Positions 29,254 through 39,542 of a stretch of 64,000 nt of DNA are shown one piece after another. Numbering within the stretch: position 1 is the first letter of the stretch; each line of letters starts with the position of its first letter. Position numbers and translations under genes: made by a program. The stretch covers positions 3,001 through 67,000 of the forward strand of contig JBGSKP010000571.1 in the NCBI GenBank assembly GCA_041741175.1. The letters are read 5' to 3'. The notes beneath the pieces are model-generated. The model ran no database searches. It saw nothing but the letters and a program-made list of their open reading frames with translations, and had not been told where the DNA came from. The DNA is from Thiocapsa sp. (GTDB taxonomy: Bacteria; Pseudomonadota; Gammaproteobacteria; Chromatiales; Chromatiaceae).

Positions 29254-30260
29254 GCGATTCGAATCGAGCTACCGTTGCTGTTCTGGGCGCCGGTTCCTGG
29301 GGAACCGCACTCGCCATTCTGCTCTGTTGGAACGGGCATCGCGTGCGGCTCTGGGGACATGAGGTCGAGCAGATCGCTGCGTTGCAGCGGGACGGTGAGA
29401 ACCGATTGTTTTTACCCGGCGTGCCGCTCCCGAACGAGATGGGGGTGACCGCTTCGTTGGACGAGGCGCTTGCCGGGGCGAGTGACTGCCTGATCGTTGT
29501 CCCGAGTCACGCGTTCGGGCATGTCGTCGCGCAGACGGCGCAGCGGCTGCCTGAATCGATGGGTGTCGCTTGGGCTACCAAGGGTCTTGATCCGACAAGC
29601 GGGGAGCTGTTGCACGCGGTGGCGCATGCGTCCCTGGGCGCCCGCCCACTCGCTGTCGTGTCGGGACCGAGCTTCGCCCGGGAAGTGGCGCACGGATTGC
29701 CAACGGCTGTGACGGTCGCCTCGGACCATGCCGTTTTTGCCGAGCGGGTCGCACGGCTGCTGCACGGGGAACGCTTTCGCGCCTATACGAGCTCGGACAT
29801 GGTCGGCGTGGAGGTGTGCGGAGCCGCGAAAAATGTGCTCGCGATCGCCACCGGGATCGCTGATGGCCTGGGTTTCGGTGCCAATACGCGGGCAGCGTTG
29901 ATCACCCGGGGACTGGCCGAGCTGATCCGGGTCGGCACCGCGCTTGGCGGACGCAAAGAGACCTTCATGGGGCTCGCCGGAATCGGTGATCTGGTCTTGA
30001 CCTGCACGGACAACCAATCACGCAATCGCCGCATGGGACTCGCGTTGGCGAGCGGTGCCAGCTTGAACGATGCACAGGCCCAGATTGGCCAAGAGGTGGA
30101 GGGCGTCGTCACGGCGCTGGCCATGCATCGGCTGGCGAGGCGCTTGAACATCGAGATGCCGATCAGCGAGCAGGTCTATCGGGTGCTGTACGAAGGCATC
30201 TCGCCCGAGACTGCGACGCGCGCGCTGCTCGAACGCGAGCCCAAAGCCGAGTTTGGCTGA
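29250..30260 (+). CDS. gpsA: NAD(P)H-dependent glycerol-3-phosphate dehydrogenase
   Basis: GAGSWGTALA, SGPSFARE, KNVLAIA, GDLVLTCTDNQSRNRR. Confidence 0.98.
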   Translation: MSDSNRATVAVLGAGSWGTALAILLCWNGHRVRLWGHEVEQIAALQRDGENRLFLPGVPLPNEMGVTASLDEALAGASDCLIVVPSHAFGHVVAQTAQRLPESMGVAWATKGLDPTSGELLHAVAHASLGARPLAVVSGPSFAREVAHGLPTAVTVASDHAVFAERVARLLHGERFRAYTSSDMVGVEVCGAAKNVLAIATGIADGLGFGANTRAALITRGLAELIRVGTALGGRKETFMGLAGIGDLVLTCTDNQSRNRRMGLALASGASLNDAQAQIGQEVEGVVTALAMHRLARRLNIEMPISEQVYRVLYEGISPETATRALLEREPKAEFG

Positions 30261-30313
30261 GCCGCGACGCGGTCGCGTTTGGCCGGTGCACCTGCACGCG
30301 ATTCCTGTCGAGC

Positions 30314-30799
30314 TCAACCGGTTACAATTGGCCCTTGCCGGGAACCTGCGAAATCGTTTTGCCGCCATGCCTCGAACAGGACCACGGCAACGGCGTTGGA
30401 GAGGTTCAAGCTACGGTTGCCTGGATACATCGGGAGGTAGACACGCCGCTCGGGCGCGAACGACTCTAACAGCGTTTCCGGTAACCCGCGTGTCTCTGGA
30501 CCAAACAAAAAGGAATCGCCGGGACGATAGACGGCGGTCGCATAAGCGGTTGAGCCTCGGGTCGTGAGGGCAAAGACACGCTTTGGTTTAATCTGGTCGA
30601 GACAGGCATCGAGTGACGGATACACCCGAACGTCGGCCCATTCGCGATAATCAAGTCCGGCCCGCCGCAGGAGTCTATCCTCCAACGTGAAACCGAGTGG
30701 CTCGATAAGACTGAGACGAAGACCCGCATTCGCGCACAGCCGCATAATGTTGCCGGTGTTAGGGGGGATCTCAGGCTGGAACAGGATAACGTCGAACAT
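30314..30799 (-). CDS. trmL: tRNA (cytidine/uridine-34 2'-O)-methyltransferase
   Basis: PEIPPNTGNI.RLC, RRAGLDY, FGPETRGLP, RSLNLSNAV SPOUT motifs. Confidence 0.97.
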   Translation of the reverse strand: MFDVILFQPEIPPNTGNIMRLCANAGLRLSLIEPLGFTLEDRLLRRAGLDYREWADVRVYPSLDACLDQIKPKRVFALTTRGSTAYATAVYRPGDSFLFGPETRGLPETLLESFAPERRVYLPMYPGNRSLNLSNAVAVVLFEAWRQNDFAGSRQGPIVTG

Positions 30800-31064
30800 A
30801 GTCTAAAAAACTGCCCCACCGCGTTTGTTTTGGTGCGTTACCCAAAGGGATAATCCGCCCCGCCGATACATCGTGGATGGCTCGCGCAGCGTACGGACCT
30901 CGCGCTGGAAAAGGATGTCGAATGCCACCATTGCAACGCGTGGGGGATGCCTCGGCAGCTGTTTCACGGTTGACCGGCGCCGATCATCGCATGCTATATT
31001 AAGATTTCCGAAAGTTCTAACATCGCCGTCTTTGTGCGGCCTACACCATCCCGAGGACACCGAT

Positions 31065-31289
31065 ATGAGCGATATCGCCGCGCTGAAACAGGAAAAGCAG
31101 GGCTTGATCGACAAAATGCTCGAGATGCAGAAGCAGTTCATCGAGTACGAGCATGAGAATGGCGTGTCAGGCAAGGATTACTGGGCTGCTACCGACGGTC
31201 TGCTGGTTAATTACCGCCAGGAATATCTGGAAATGGCAAATCGCGTCGTCGATATCGCTCACGAGATTGTTGGTTCATCGCGCAACTGA
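31065..31289 (+). CDS. Small helical hypothetical protein (74 aa)
   Basis: GAGGA RBS before the ATG; amphipathic helical sequence MSDIAALKQEKQGLIDKMLEMQKQFIEYEHENG; promoter-like TTGACC...TGCTATATT upstream. Confidence 0.8.
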   Translation: MSDIAALKQEKQGLIDKMLEMQKQFIEYEHENGVSGKDYWAATDGLLVNYRQEYLEMANRVVDIAHEIVGSSRN

Positions 31290-31407
31290 TTCAATCGAAT
31301 CGATCCAGAGCCCGATTCGGGCCGACAGGCACGACCGGGCTCCAGGTTCCGTTAAGCCTAAGTGGGTGGCAGACAATGGAGGCACGCAGGTATGAGGTCC
31401 CCTGTGC

Positions 31408-31797
31408 CTAGGCCGGACGCAGGTGCTCGATGTATTTCGGCGTGTCCTGCATTTCCAGACTGATCGCCGTGCCTTCCGCAGCAAAGGGCTCCGCGATGCG
31501 CTCCAAGCGCAACGTACACCGCGCATATCCCCGACTGGTCAAGGGAATTGGGATCATGTCCCGGTAGGTGTAAATATTGTCGTCGATATCGCCTCCCAGG
31601 CAAGTTCTCGGGCAGGGTGGAATTGGCGAGGACACTTCGACACCTTCGATCACCAAATCTCCAGCTTGCCACCAACGGGTTCGCTCGTCTGATCCCGTCA
31701 TGGTTTTGATGAGATAGGCTCGCGAAAAATGCAGGCGTAAACGCCTGTCCTGCAGCTCAATCGACGCGATCTCCGACCCATTCAGATCGATACTCAT
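31408..31797 (-). CDS. Hypothetical beta-rich protein
   Basis: About 129 aa downstream of ntrC, GGAGA RBS, globular composition (TRWWQAGDLV, YTYRDMIPIPL). Confidence 0.75.
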   Translation of the reverse strand: MSIDLNGSEIASIELQDRRLRLHFSRAYLIKTMTGSDERTRWWQAGDLVIEGVEVSSPIPPCPRTCLGGDIDDNIYTYRDMIPIPLTSRGYARCTLRLERIAEPFAAEGTAISLEMQDTPKYIEHLRPA

Positions 31798-31905
31798 ACT
31801 GTCCAAGTCGTTCTCCGGATTTGTGATTCTTTTCCGATACCAAGTCGGGAGGATGATCCGTCATCCGACCGGTTGTCCTTATTGGTCGATCTTGGGGCGA
31901 TGGCT

Positions 31906-33339
31906 TCAGTCATCATCGGTCACGCCATCTTCCGGATCAGTCCCGATGTCCAGACGAAGCTCTTTGATTTTGCGGGTTAGGGTGTTTCGACCCCAGCCAA
32001 GCAGTCGTGCCGCCTCCTGTCGGCGTCCACCAGTGTGCTCGAGCGCCGTTTGTATCAGGATTTGCTCGAACGCCGGTAGAGCCGTGTCGAGTAAGGCTCC
32101 GTGCCCCTGTTTGAGACTCTGGCGAACCCAGCGGCGAAGAACGGCTTCCCATGGTTCGTCCGGGACCGGATCGGAGAACGACGCGTTGAGCTCGGGCGGC
32201 AGATCCTCGGCATGAACCTCTTTGCCTGAGGCCATCACGGTTACCCAGCGCGCCGTATTTTCGAGTTGGCGTACATTACCCGGCCAGTCAAGGCGTTTGA
32301 GATGATCGATCGCGCTTTGGGTCAGCAGCTTCGTCTCGCAGCTCAGCTCCATCGCGGCCTGAGACAAAAAGTGGCGCATGAGCACAGGAATGTCTTCGCG
32401 GCGATTGCGCAGTGCGGGAAGATGGATGCGGATGACGTTGAGCCGATGGAACAGATCCTCACGGAACCGACCCTGGCAAACCAGGTCCTCGAGATTCTGA
32501 TGGGTGGCTGCAATGATGCGGACGTCGACCCGCGTCGGCGCGACACCGCCGACACGATAAAACTCGCCGTCTGCCAGAACGCGCAGAAGGCGGGTCTGTA
32601 GCTCGGCGGGCATGTCTCCGATCTCGTCGAGGAACAGTGTTCCACCGTCCGCTTGCTCGAAGCGTCCTTCGCGTCGACTCTGCGCCCCAGTAAAGGAGCC
32701 GCGCTCATGGCCAAAGAGCTCGGATTCCAGAAGATCCCGTGGAATCGCGGCCATATTCAGGGCGATGAAGGGCCGGTCGCTGCGTGGGCTATGACGGTGT
32801 AAAGCGCGAGCGACCAGCTCTTTGCCGGTTCCCGATTCGCCGTTAATCAGGACGGTAATGTTGGAGCGGGCGAGTCGACCGATTGCCCGAAAGACCTCCT
32901 GCATGGCCGGTGCCTCGCCGATGATGTCGGGCGCCTTGGTGATCACGATCTCTTCGGGTCGCTCGTCGCGGCTGCGTCGACAAGCTCGATTCACCTGACT
33001 TACGGCCTCATCGAGATCGAAGGGCTTGGGCAGATACTCGAAAGCACCCCCATGGAATGCCGAAACGGCGCTATCGAGGTCGGAGTGGGCCGTCATGATA
33101 ATCACCGGCAAGCCAGGGTGACGGGCTGAGACTTGGCGCAACAGATCCAGGCCGTCGATCCCCGGCATACGGATATCGGTCAGGATGACATCGGGTTGCT
33201 CGCGCTGCAGGGCTTCCATCACGCCGACACCGTTGGAAAAACAGGTGACATGCATATCCGCTTTGCGCAACGCCCGCTCAAGGACCCAGCGGATCGATCG
33301 GTCGTCGTCAATGACCCAGACCTTGGGCTCCCTATTCAT
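31906..33339 (-). CDS. ntrC: Nitrogen regulator NtrC
   Basis: Receiver [59 protein letters not shown]. Confidence 0.98.
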   Translation of the reverse strand: MNREPKVWVIDDDRSIRWVLERALRKADMHVTCFSNGVGVMEALQREQPDVILTDIRMPGIDGLDLLRQVSARHPGLPVIIMTAHSDLDSAVSAFHGGAFEYLPKPFDLDEAVSQVNRACRRSRDERPEEIVITKAPDIIGEAPAMQEVFRAIGRLARSNITVLINGESGTGKELVARALHRHSPRSDRPFIALNMAAIPRDLLESELFGHERGSFTGAQSRREGRFEQADGGTLFLDEIGDMPAELQTRLLRVLADGEFYRVGGVAPTRVDVRIIAATHQNLEDLVCQGRFREDLFHRLNVIRIHLPALRNRREDIPVLMRHFLSQAAMELSCETKLLTQSAIDHLKRLDWPGNVRQLENTARWVTVMASGKEVHAEDLPPELNASFSDPVPDEPWEAVLRRWVRQSLKQGHGALLDTALPAFEQILIQTALEHTGGRRQEAARLLGWGRNTLTRKIKELRLDIGTDPEDGVTDDD

Positions 33340-34414
33340 AATCGGTCTCCAACGGCAAATACACGAAAAACTTGGTCTCGCCGGGTTGACTCTCGCATTC
33401 GATCAATCCGCCGTGCTGGTTGATAAGTTCTTGGGCGATCGGAAGACCGAGTCCGGTGCCACCCTGGCGCCCGGACACCATCGGAAAGAAGATTCGGTCT
33501 GCAATCTCCTCCGGGATGCCGGGTCCATCGTCGCGGATCTGCGCCTTCAGGACGAGCCGGTGTCGGCGGTTACCGATCGTGAACTGACGCAGCACCCGGG
33601 TACGTAGCTCGATGTGTCCAGTGATCCCCGCTGCTGCCACCGCGTTGCGAGCGAGATTGAGGAACGCTTGAATGAGTCGATCTTGGTCCGCCATGAAGTC
33701 CGGAATACTGGGGTCGTAGTCGCGCAAGACGCGCGGCCCGTTCGGCGATTCAGCCAGGATGAGACCGCGGACATGCTCCAGGACAGTGTGGACGTTCACC
33801 AGGGCAAGGCGCGGCAGTCGACTGGGCCCAACCATCCGATTAACCAGATCCTGAAGCCGGTCGGCCTCGTCGATGATGATGCGCGTGTACTCCCGTAAGC
33901 CTGGATCGGGCAGCTCATGTTCAAGCAGTTGGGCAGCGCCGCGCAGCCCGCCGAGTGGATTCTTGATTTCGTGAGCCAAGCCGCGAATCAGCGCCTGGGT
34001 GGCCTGGTGCTGAGACAACAGGTGCTCTTCACGCGAAATCCGAAGCTGCCGATCCACCTGAGTCAGTTCGACGAGAACCTGGTCATCTGCATCAAAGTGG
34101 TGCAAGGGTAGCACGGTGCAATTGACCGTTTTGGTGCGCCCGTCAGCCGCCATGACATTCAGCTCGCGTTCGGTAAATGGGTGGCGCGAAGCTAAGGCAG
34201 CCTTCAGACGTTCCTCGACTTGATTGTCGGGACAGGGCAGCAGATGCAATGCATGGTGTCCGATCATATGTCGCGCGCTGACCTCGAAGAGCATCTCAGC
34301 GGCTGGATTGAGATACTGGAGACACAGTTCCTTATCGAACAGGAGCACTGCGGTGTTCAAGTGATCGAGAATCGTCCGCTCTAGGGCCGGCTTGTTGGCA
34401 GGCTGAATGCTCAT
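33332..34414 (-). CDS. ntrB: Sensor kinase NtrB
   Basis: PAS domain, RGLAHEIKNPLGGLRGAAQLL, RDYDPSIP, DDGPGIP, GTGLGL. Confidence 0.97.
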   Translation of the reverse strand: MSIQPANKPALERTILDHLNTAVLLFDKELCLQYLNPAAEMLFEVSARHMIGHHALHLLPCPDNQVEERLKAALASRHPFTERELNVMAADGRTKTVNCTVLPLHHFDADDQVLVELTQVDRQLRISREEHLLSQHQATQALIRGLAHEIKNPLGGLRGAAQLLEHELPDPGLREYTRIIIDEADRLQDLVNRMVGPSRLPRLALVNVHTVLEHVRGLILAESPNGPRVLRDYDPSIPDFMADQDRLIQAFLNLARNAVAAAGITGHIELRTRVLRQFTIGNRRHRLVLKAQIRDDGPGIPEEIADRIFFPMVSGRQGGTGLGLPIAQELINQHGGLIECESQPGETKFFVYLPLETDYE

Positions 34415-34692
34415 GATCTCTCATTCGAACGTTTGGCTGCTTCGCGTAAGACGGTTTTTGCTCACGCGAAAAGGAAACTGTCGTTTCGACAATTGGTTGC
34501 GGCATGGTTTGACGGGGCAACGGGACAACGGTATCCGCACGCGCCGGTCGCTCAAGTTAGTAAGCGAAAGTCATACCATTTACTGAAAGCCAGATGGACT
34601 GCTCGGGTTTGGCGAGTGACTGGTCGGGAACGAAGAGCGTTCGATCCGAAACGTCTTCAGAAGACCGCTAAGGGCCTAAATGCAGCGTCGGC

Positions 34693-35223
34693 TTAGGGCA
34701 AGATTCCCGGCGGAGTGGCTTCACGCAACTCGAGTTCATGCACGGGGGTTGCCGCCACGGTGGCACCGAGACTGTCTTTGACGCGCAGCTGCAGATGATG
34801 TGGGCCGAAACCTACGGCCTCCATCTGCACCTGGGTCACTCCTGGCTCCAAAACAGCCGGCCGGCCATTATTCACAAGCTCAAGCCGGTGACCCTCTTGT
34901 AACGGTGGCTCCAACAGTAGCCTGACCGCAAGCGTGTCGGTCGGCTGAACAAGCACTGTTCCGGCAGAGGGGGCGAGGATGTCGAATGCGTCGTAGGGTC
35001 CGAGGCTCGGTTGGAGGTCAGCCGACTCTCTGGTCTCGGACCCATCGGTCATCGCGGAGTCGCCCTGATCGGCTTCGGGCGGAAGAACTTGAGCCGCCGC
35101 TTCAGCAGGACGACGGTCCGAAAAGTGAGTATGCCCCTTGGGGTCGACCCATCGATAGATATCCGCCTGTGCAAGCTGCGAGGAAGCGAGCACATAGACG
35201 ACGACAAGGGCTTGTTTGATCAT
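34693..35223 (-). CDS. DUF4124-domain exported protein
   Basis: Signal peptide followed by IYRWVDPKGHTHFSDR; usual location between glnA and ntrB. Confidence 0.8.
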   Translation of the reverse strand: MIKQALVVVYVLASSQLAQADIYRWVDPKGHTHFSDRRPAEAAAQVLPPEADQGDSAMTDGSETRESADLQPSLGPYDAFDILAPSAGTVLVQPTDTLAVRLLLEPPLQEGHRLELVNNGRPAVLEPGVTQVQMEAVGFGPHHLQLRVKDSLGATVAATPVHELELREATPPGILP

Positions 35224-35269
35224 CGGGGAAGGATAGTCGACCAACATCCCGGTCTCAACCCGAAACGAC

Positions 35270-35292
35270 CGAAGCCCCGATCGGGGGCTTCG
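35270..35292 (-). terminator. Hairpin downstream of glnA (probable intrinsic terminator)
   Basis: CGAAGCCCC-gatcg-GGGGCTTCG, a 9-bp stem about 45 nt past the glnA stop; the U-tract is weak. Confidence 0.65.
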
Positions 35293-35335
35293 TTGATCGA
35301 CCAGAGCGAAGTCTTGCTCGTAATCGGCGAGGAGA

Positions 35336-36739
35336 TTAAAGGCTATAGTACATGTCGAACTCGACCGGGTGAGTGGTCATACGCAGACGGGTGACCTCGG
35401 CCATTTTCAGCGCGATATAGCCGTCGATCAGGTCATCGGTAAAGACCCCGCCGGCGGTGAGATATTCACGGTCTTGATCCAGGTAATCCAATGCCATGTC
35501 GAGCGAGTGACAGACAGTCGGAATCGCCTTCGCCTCTTCGCGTGGCAGGTCGTAAAGATCCTTATCCATGGCATCGCCCGGATGAATCTTGTTCTGGATG
35601 CCGTCCAGACCGGCCATCATCATGGCGGCGAAGGCGAGGTAGGGATTACCGGTGGAGTCCGGGAAACGCACTTCGATACGACGCCCCTTCGGGCTCGCAA
35701 CATAGGGGATGCGCACAGAGGCCGAGCGGTTGCGTGCGGAGTAGGCAAGCATGACCGGCGCTTCGAAGCCAGGCACCAGACGCTTGTACGAGTTGGTCGA
35801 AGCATTGGTCAGGGCGTTAAGCGAGCGTGCATGCTTGATGATGCCGCCGATGTAGTACAGCGCGATGTCGGAGAGGCCGGCGTATTTATCGCCCGCGAAG
35901 ATGTTCTGGCCGTCTTTGGCGAGCGACTGATGCACATGCATTCCGCTGCCGTTGTCGCCGACCAGCGGCTTGGGCATGAAGGTCGCCGTCTTGCCGTAGG
36001 CGTGGGCGACGTTCTGGATGACATACTTGGTGATCTGGTTTTTGTCGGCGCGATGCACCAAGGTACCGAACTGGGTGCCGATTTCGCACTGGCCGGCGGT
36101 CGCCACTTCGTGATGATGCACCTCGACCGGCACACCCATCTCTTCAAGCGCGAGACACATGGCCGCGCGGATATCGTTGAGCGAGTCGACCGGCGGTACG
36201 GGGAAGTAACCGCCCTTGGTGCCTGGACGATGACCCATGTTGCCATCCGGGAAGACCCGCTCTGAGTTCCAGCCGGCTTCTTCGGAGTCGATTTTGTAGA
36301 AGGCGCCATTCATCTCCGAGCCCCAACGGACGTCGTCGAGGATGAAGAACTCCGGCTCCGGACCAAAATAGGCCGTGTCGGCAATGCCGGTCGACTTAAG
36401 ATAGGCTTCGGCGCGCTTGGCCAGGGAGCGCGGGTCGCGCTCATACCCGGTCATGGTGTCGGGCTCGAGGATGTCGCAGCGAATGATCAGGGTATTCTCG
36501 TCCGTGAATGGATCCATCACTGCGGTATCAGCTTCGGGCATCAGGATCATGTCCGATGCCTCGATACCTTTCCAGCCGGCGATCGATGAGCCGTCGAACA
36601 TTTTGCCGTCTTTAAACAAGTCCTCGTCGGCTACTCTTGCAGGCATGGAGACGTGCTGCTCCTTCCCACGGGTGTCGGTGAAGCGAAGGTCGACGAACTT
36701 CACGTCGTTGTCCTTGATCATTTTGAGCACGTCAGTCAT
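35336..36739 (-). CDS. glnA: Glutamine synthetase type I
   Basis: [59 protein letters not shown] adenylylation site, MYYSL; ATG at 36739 after GGAGA. Confidence 0.99.
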   Translation of the reverse strand: MTDVLKMIKDNDVKFVDLRFTDTRGKEQHVSMPARVADEDLFKDGKMFDGSSIAGWKGIEASDMILMPEADTAVMDPFTDENTLIIRCDILEPDTMTGYERDPRSLAKRAEAYLKSTGIADTAYFGPEPEFFILDDVRWGSEMNGAFYKIDSEEAGWNSERVFPDGNMGHRPGTKGGYFPVPPVDSLNDIRAAMCLALEEMGVPVEVHHHEVATAGQCEIGTQFGTLVHRADKNQITKYVIQNVAHAYGKTATFMPKPLVGDNGSGMHVHQSLAKDGQNIFAGDKYAGLSDIALYYIGGIIKHARSLNALTNASTNSYKRLVPGFEAPVMLAYSARNRSASVRIPYVASPKGRRIEVRFPDSTGNPYLAFAAMMMAGLDGIQNKIHPGDAMDKDLYDLPREEAKAIPTVCHSLDMALDYLDQDREYLTAGGVFTDDLIDGYIALKMAEVTRLRMTTHPVEFDMYYSL

Positions 36740-36778
36740 CGGGGATTTCTCCAGCTGCTGGTAGATTCGGATAAGGCA

Positions 36779-36801
36779 TGACCTGTGACCTGTGACCTGT
36801 G
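36779..36801. repeat. 7-bp tandem repeat (TGACCTG x3) in the glnA 5' leader
   Basis: TGACCTG TGACCTG TGACCTG TG read directly. Confidence 0.85.
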
Positions 36802-36962
36802 TGCTGAGGCCGATCGGATCGAGCCGGAGCCAAATTGGTCGCCGATCATGCGGCGCGGCTCGTCTGGAAGCAACGAGTCGAGCGAATTCGCTCGGGACTG
36901 CGCCATCAGCACGTGACAGTCGCTGTACAAGTCGGTGTGTTGCCGACTCGTCACAGGCCCAT

Positions 36963-36978
36963 AGCATATAACGGGCCA
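36963..36978 (-). promoter_or_regulatory. Sigma54 promoter for glnA
   Basis: Minus strand TGGCCCGTTATATGCT, GG-N10-GC spacing. Confidence 0.7.
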
Positions 36979-37160
36979 TCGTTTTAATCGGAGTGGTGAT
37001 CGGCGATCAGAGCGCCGGAGCGCTTCGAGATAAGCAGTGAACACCTCTAATTTGATATGGATATTATGGGGTTGCATGAAGTTGAGCCATCAGGTCACGG
37101 CCTGGAGTCAGGCTACTGACACTAGAAGGCGGGGCGGTGACGTTGGCGGTAAATTATGCG

Positions 37161-37208
37161 CGCGCCAAAAGAGGTCGCCCCTGAATAAAACGGCACCAAA
37201 ATAGTGCG
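37161..37208. promoter_or_regulatory. NtrC binding sites upstream of glnA
   Basis: GGCACCAAAATAGTGCG (37192-37208; GCAC-N7-GTGC) plus a weaker CGCGCCAAAAGAGGTCG 31 bp away (37161-37177). Confidence 0.75.
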
Positions 37209-37212
37209 GATA

Positions 37213-38367
37213 TTAGCCAAAGACGATTTGGACATGACCAAAGGCGGGGTCTTCCTGGAGTGCGCCGGCGAGTCGCGTACGTAGATCGTTGGCGTCCGCA
37301 CCGGCTCGTAAGCAGGTCGCAATCGGGAAATGGACTTCGATGTCGATCCGACCCCCAAGGTAATGCAGAACCACGCGCTCTCGCTCGTTTGCTTCGGGGA
37401 TCGCGGACCAACGCGATGCCATCCGAGCTAATGCCTCGGTGCGAAGGGGTAGGTCGAAGACCGGCGGAAACTGGTTGTCGTCTTCCGGATCGATGTGAAC
37501 GGTCACATCGGTGATTTCGTCGATCTCGCGTTTGAGTCGATGCTCCACAAGCAGACTGATCATATGTCCCTCGGACACGCTGACATAGGGATCGACCAAC
37601 ACATGAACGTCCGCCGAGACCTGCCCCGCATAGCGACGGGTGCGTAGCATATGGATATCGCGGACACCGCCGACGGATCGAATGGTCTGGGCGACCGCCG
37701 CGAGGCGATCCGATTCCAGGCCGGTATCGACTAGCTCGTTGATGGCGTCCCAGCCGAGGTCCCAGCCAATCTTGGCGATCATGAGCGCGACCAGGACGGC
37801 AGCAATCGCGTCAAGATAGGCAAGGCCGGCCATGGTTCCGGCGATCCCAACCAGGACGACGATGGATGACACTGCATCGGTGCGATGGTGCCAGGCGTTG
37901 GCCCTCAAGAGGTCGGATTTCACACGTCTGGCGTAACCGAGCGTCCACCAATACAGCCATTCTTTGACCAGGATGGAGGACACGGCGGCGAGCAATGTCA
38001 AAGGTTCAGGACGCAGCAGATCGGAGGGATCGAACAGACGATGGATCGCGTCCCAGGCAATGCCGATCCCGACGACGATCAGCAGCAACCCCAGAACGAG
38101 CGTTGCGACAGTCTCGTAACGGGCATGGCCATAGGGGTGGTCGCGATCCGGCGCTTCGCTAGCGCGACGGCCGGCCACCAAGACCAAACCATCGGACAGA
38201 AGATCGGAGAGAGAATGGATGCCATCGGCTATAAGCGCTTGGGAATGTCCGAGGATCCCGGCAACGATTTTGATCATCGACAGGATGAGATTCACGATCC
38301 CCCCGACGACGGACGTGCGCGTCACGGCATGGCGACGTTGGGCAGACGCGTGTTGGTCGGGGCGCAT
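37213..38367 (-). CDS. Cation diffusion facilitator (FieF-like) transporter
   Basis: SQALIADGIHSLSD, HPYGH.R.E, ANAWHHRTD, VTVHIDP, extra C-terminal domain. Confidence 0.93.
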   Translation of the reverse strand: MRPDQHASAQRRHAVTRTSVVGGIVNLILSMIKIVAGILGHSQALIADGIHSLSDLLSDGLVLVAGRRASEAPDRDHPYGHARYETVATLVLGLLLIVVGIGIAWDAIHRLFDPSDLLRPEPLTLLAAVSSILVKEWLYWWTLGYARRVKSDLLRANAWHHRTDAVSSIVVLVGIAGTMAGLAYLDAIAAVLVALMIAKIGWDLGWDAINELVDTGLESDRLAAVAQTIRSVGGVRDIHMLRTRRYAGQVSADVHVLVDPYVSVSEGHMISLLVEHRLKREIDEITDVTVHIDPEDDNQFPPVFDLPLRTEALARMASRWSAIPEANERERVVLHYLGGRIDIEVHFPIATCLRAGADANDLRTRLAGALQEDPAFGHVQIVFG

Positions 38368-38624
38368 GGCAAGAGTCCTGTTTTGGGGTTTCCCGGCATG
38401 TGTGAAAGTTTGATCCGCGGTTGGGATAGGAGGGTACCAGGCAAGACGGCCGCGTGGCTGGCGTTTTGTGAGAGGAACGCCGAGCCTCGATTCATGGGGT
38501 AGGGAGCGTGCATCGACCATCAAGGCCATTTATTGCAGATGATAATCCCGTATTTTGGCGCGACTCCGATCTTCGGCGATATACTGCGTGATTTTCGCCC
38601 ACCCTGAGTCGAAGGAGAACGATC

Positions 38625-39530
38625 TTGAGTTTTGATCGCGAGGATGTCTCGACCTTTCAGGGCCTCGTCTTTGCCCTAGAGCGATACTGGGCGGAGCAGG
38701 GGTGCGTGATCCTCCAGCCGCTCGACATGGAGGTCGGGGCCGGCACCTTCCACCCGGCGACTTTTTTACGGTCCATCGGCCCGGAGCCCTGGCGCAGTGC
38801 CTATGTCCAACCCTCGCGCCGACCAACGGACGGTCGTTATGGCGAGAATCCGAACCGACTACAGCACTACTATCAATACCAGGTGGTCCTGAAGCCATCC
38901 CCGCTGGAGATCCAGGAACTCTACCTGGACTCGCTGCGTCGACTCGGGATCGATCCGCTGGTGCACGATATCCGCTTTGTCGAAGACAATTGGGAATCGC
39001 CGACCTTAGGTGCCTGGGGTCTGGGCTGGGAGATTTGGCTCAACGGGATGGAAGTCACCCAGTTCACCTATTTTCAGCAGGTCGGCGGACTGGATTGTCG
39101 TCCGGTCACAGGCGAAATTACCTATGGCCTCGAGCGCATCGCTATGTACCTTCAAGGCGTTGAAAGCGTTTACGACTTGATCTGGAGCCGCACGTCGTCT
39201 GGCGTGGTGACCTATGGGGATGTTTACCATCAGAACGAGGTCGAGCAGTCAGCGTACAACTTCGAGTATGCGGACGTTGATGCACTGTCGAGGCAGTTCG
39301 ATATCTGTGAGGCGACGAGTACCGCCTTGGTGGTGAAGGGCCTCCCGTTACCGGCCTACGAGCAGGTCTTGAAAGCATCACACACCTTCAACCTGCTTGA
39401 CGCCCGCGGGGCGATTTCGGTGACGGAGCGTCAGCGATTCATCCTGCGGGTACGCACCCTATCGCGGGCCGTTGCGCAGGCTTACTTCGACCGCCGGGAA
39501 GCGCTGGGCTTCCCGATGCTGGCCCCCTGA
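38625..39530 (+). CDS. glyQ: Glycyl-tRNA synthetase alpha subunit
   Basis: [42 protein letters not shown]. Confidence 0.99.
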   Translation: MSFDREDVSTFQGLVFALERYWAEQGCVILQPLDMEVGAGTFHPATFLRSIGPEPWRSAYVQPSRRPTDGRYGENPNRLQHYYQYQVVLKPSPLEIQELYLDSLRRLGIDPLVHDIRFVEDNWESPTLGAWGLGWEIWLNGMEVTQFTYFQQVGGLDCRPVTGEITYGLERIAMYLQGVESVYDLIWSRTSSGVVTYGDVYHQNEVEQSAYNFEYADVDALSRQFDICEATSTALVVKGLPLPAYEQVLKASHTFNLLDARGAISVTERQRFILRVRTLSRAVAQAYFDRREALGFPMLAP

Positions 39531-39542
39531 CGGGAGACAAAC

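Noticed and set aside
34415-34692. Hairpins upstream of ntrB (TGTCG-TTT-CGACA; TTCGCG...CGCGAA) as a c-di-GMP riboswitch or sRNA
   Set aside because: The conserved GEMM-type sequence elements were not found; only a covariance-model search could rescue this.
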